Assembly (NCBI GenBank): GCA_030770535.1
Contig: JASVEC010000016.1
Coordinates: 186,001-250,000 of the forward strand
Length of the DNA: 64,000 bases
Reading direction: 5' to 3'
Origin: Batkoa obscura
Lineage: Eukaryota
Below are positions 61,435 to 64,000 of this stretch, one piece after another; positions within the stretch are counted from its first letter, which is position 1; each line of letters starts with the position of its first letter. A model generated the notes under the pieces. It was given only the letters and a program-made list of their open reading frames with translations, had not been told where the DNA came from and ran no database searches. The position numbers and the translations under genes were made by a program.

Positions 61435-63021
61435 TTTTTAAAAATGAAAAACAGCTTTCTAGAGTTACTTTTTTAGTATGGTTAATTTTGGTGAGAACCA
61501 TTGGCCGAAATAAATCATACTATTATGCCTTTTTCTTGCTGCACTATTATCACTTGTAGGGAGATATTTAATCCTTTGTATAAAGACAGTTGATCTATAG
61601 GTAGCAATATTGGAGTAATCTAGTGAGTTTAATTATTAATTTATTAACTTTATTAAATAACATTTTTTAACATAGCGTTTCTATAAAACATTGTGGTTTC
61701 CATTTTTAACTAACAAACAATCATTTAAAATGATATTCATTTAAAAATTAAACTGTAAAGTAGGTTTAAAAAGTCTCCTCTAAATTAAAATAGTACATTT
61801 TATCTAAGACTATAGAAATTATGTCTTTTATCTTTTTTGGTTGGGATTATTTCGTATGCTTATTAGATATTCTATTGTTCCTTTGTTGCTTATGGTTAGT
61901 AATGACAAAAGATTATTCTTTTGGTTTTAAAGATTCACTTTAAAATTGCATGATTTAAAGAATACTGAAATTTTAGAAAAAGAGTACTGGCGTTTTAAAA
62001 GGGTAATCTCTGAAATAACTGTAGGTACTTTAGTGAATATTGAAGTATAAGTATAGATCTATGAATTAAAAAGTCACAATATCAACATTATAAGTATGAA
62101 TTAGAAACATGAAATGAGCAAGTGGTTTGGAAAGATTGTGGATTATAATTTTACTTAATATTTAAACTTACTTATGAAGAAGTAGATGGTTAGATTTTTT
62201 AAATAGCTAGAGGAAATTTAATATAGACTTAAAAGCTGATATTTGCTATATATATACTCCTAAATGGAATATAATAAGTTATAGTTTTTTTACTTTAATT
62301 AACGACTTTTTAATACTTTTAGTAGTTATGTAATTTTTATTATCTTAGATAAGCTCTATCTTGTTTTGCGGGTATTTTTTAAATTAAAATGAAGTTAAAT
62401 CATTGGCTAATCAAATTAAAGTGTAAATTTAAATTAGTTTAATTATATATATAATCAGATATGAAAAATAAATAATAGCGTTAATATAGATGATGCATTA
62501 ATATAATATATATAAGCTCAATAAGCATATATCGGTTCAAACATCAGTTTATATTGTTTGTAAAATATAATAAACGTAATAAAATAAAAAGACGAGAAAA
62601 GTTAGAAGAAGGATAAGTATGATCTTATTGAGACGACATATTTCAAAACTAAGCAGCAAAAACCTTAGACTTTATGTTTATAGTAATATGACAGCTATTT
62701 CAATTAGTATAATAGTTTTTTCTTACAAAAGGCAAAAGATCCAAAACCCCAAAAATAAAGTAATAGAGGTAGATAGGTAAGTGCTTACCTAGTAGAGGCA
62801 ATAAATGCTACAATAGATAACTAAGTTTATCTTTTATTGAATTCATATGATATTTGCTTAGTTTTAAAATAATAGTTATTATGTTAAATAAATTTTAAAG
62901 AATATAAAAGGTAGTAAAATCAATATTTCATAGAATCAAACCTGTTTTTTTATCCTAATAGTTTATAATAGGTATATACAACATATAAATATAGTTCGAT
63001 TATTGATTAGTTAGAACAAAG

Positions 63022-64000
63022 ATGAAAGCAAATAAGAGGATAAGTAATATTAATATGAGACGTGTATGTCAAAAAGACAAAGAATATAAACAGCAGATTT
63101 TAGAATTAATTGATCGTAAGGAAAATGAGAGTATTGTTGAAAGTCAGATCATTGAATACATAAAGTTTAGCTATACCAATACTATTCAGTCTTCAGTCAA
63201 AACAGTCCATTTTCAAGCAGTAAATGTAATTCGTAGTTTAATTAAAGGTCTCATCAAACATTCAATTAAAAATAACAGTGGGAAGCACTCAATGTACTTA
63301 ATTAAGTTGATAATGATATATTTAAATCCCTTTTTTAATCCCTTTTTAAATTTAACTTTAATTCACTTTTTTATCAATAACATTTTGGTCTATTGTTATA
63401 ATATTACTGAAGATGAACCAAATATCATTGTGACTAACAATTTAAAATTACCAATATTAAATTATGATAGCCTATCCTTTTTAGACTTTAGGTTTAATTT
63501 TATGGATTACTTAAAAGATAATTATACTACTGCCATTTGTGCTAAACCTGACAATAATAATTTATTAGTGAATTTAGATTTGTTATTATCAACCTTAAAT
63601 CTCAAATTAAGTACTGATAACATAATTTATTTTATTAATACAAATATCGATAGTTTAAACGATTTAATGTTTATGGGATATGATAAAATTAATAGGGGTT
63701 ATAAAATAGGTAAATATCATGCAATAGTACAATATAGTATTTATTTAATAACATCATTATTAGAACACTTATTTATAAACCCAAGTATCAAACCAATTAT
63801 CGTTACCAATAAAATGCAAAGTGATACTATTACTATCAAAGTAATTGATCAGTTCTATACAGATTCAATGATCCATAGTTTGAAATTTAAGATATCAAAT
63901 GATAGTGATACTATATGTTATACTATTAGCAATAACTTTTATAATAATCATAATTTAATACACAATTTTGAAGGAAATAAAGAATTTGATTTAGAAGTGA
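63022..64000 (+). CDS. Unknown Asn/Ile-rich protein, >=326 aa, runs off the window end
   Basis: Stop-free frame from ATG 63022 (MKANKRISNINMRRVCQK...) to 64000; missed by the ORF track because no stop is reached. Confidence 0.7.
   Translation, partial: MKANKRISNINMRRVCQKDKEYKQQILELIDRKENESIVESQIIEYIKFSYTNTIQSSVKTVHFQAVNVIRSLIKGLIKHSIKNNSGKHSMYLIKLIMIYLNPFFNPFLNLTLIHFFINNILVYCYNITEDEPNIIVTNNLKLPILNYDSLSFLDFRFNFMDYLKDNYTTAICAKPDNNNLLVNLDLLLSTLNLKLSTDNIIYFINTNIDSLNDLMFMGYDKINRGYKIGKYHAIVQYSIYLITSLLEHLFINPSIKPIIVTNKMQSDTITIKVIDQFYTDSMIHSLKFKISNDSDTICYTISNNFYNNHNLIHNFEGNKEFDLEV

Overview
Very AT-rich eukaryotic DNA with short (~40-55 nt) spliceosomal introns. The gene content (LYS2, GH18 chitinase, CBM18-GH16 Crh/Utr2, fungal MHR-type regulator) indicates a fungus; an early-diverging Conidiobolus/Entomophthorales-like one is my inference. 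Core genes: UBA3, IMP4, COG4, mL43, C9orf85/DUF2039, cytidine deaminase, GSH1, LYS2, cofilin, VDAC and Snapin. Accessory content: two paralogous orphan secreted proteins, three YtcJ-like amidohydrolases, a 2.8-kb inverted duplication, decayed tandem-HTH genes, and at least 23 copies of a ~100-bp MITE with GGG...CCC ends and 4-bp AWWT-type target-site duplications (Sola-like). Highlights not visible in the ORF track: (1) an intron-encoded box C/D snoRNA in an apparently non-coding host, whose two guides match the LSU rRNA sites served by two different yeast snoRNAs (Am876 and Um898); (2) the MITE family; (3) a relic gene with seven HTH-like units; (4) repeated patchwork homogenisation between paralogs. 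Exon boundaries were read by eye and family assignments come from recalled motifs, not searches.
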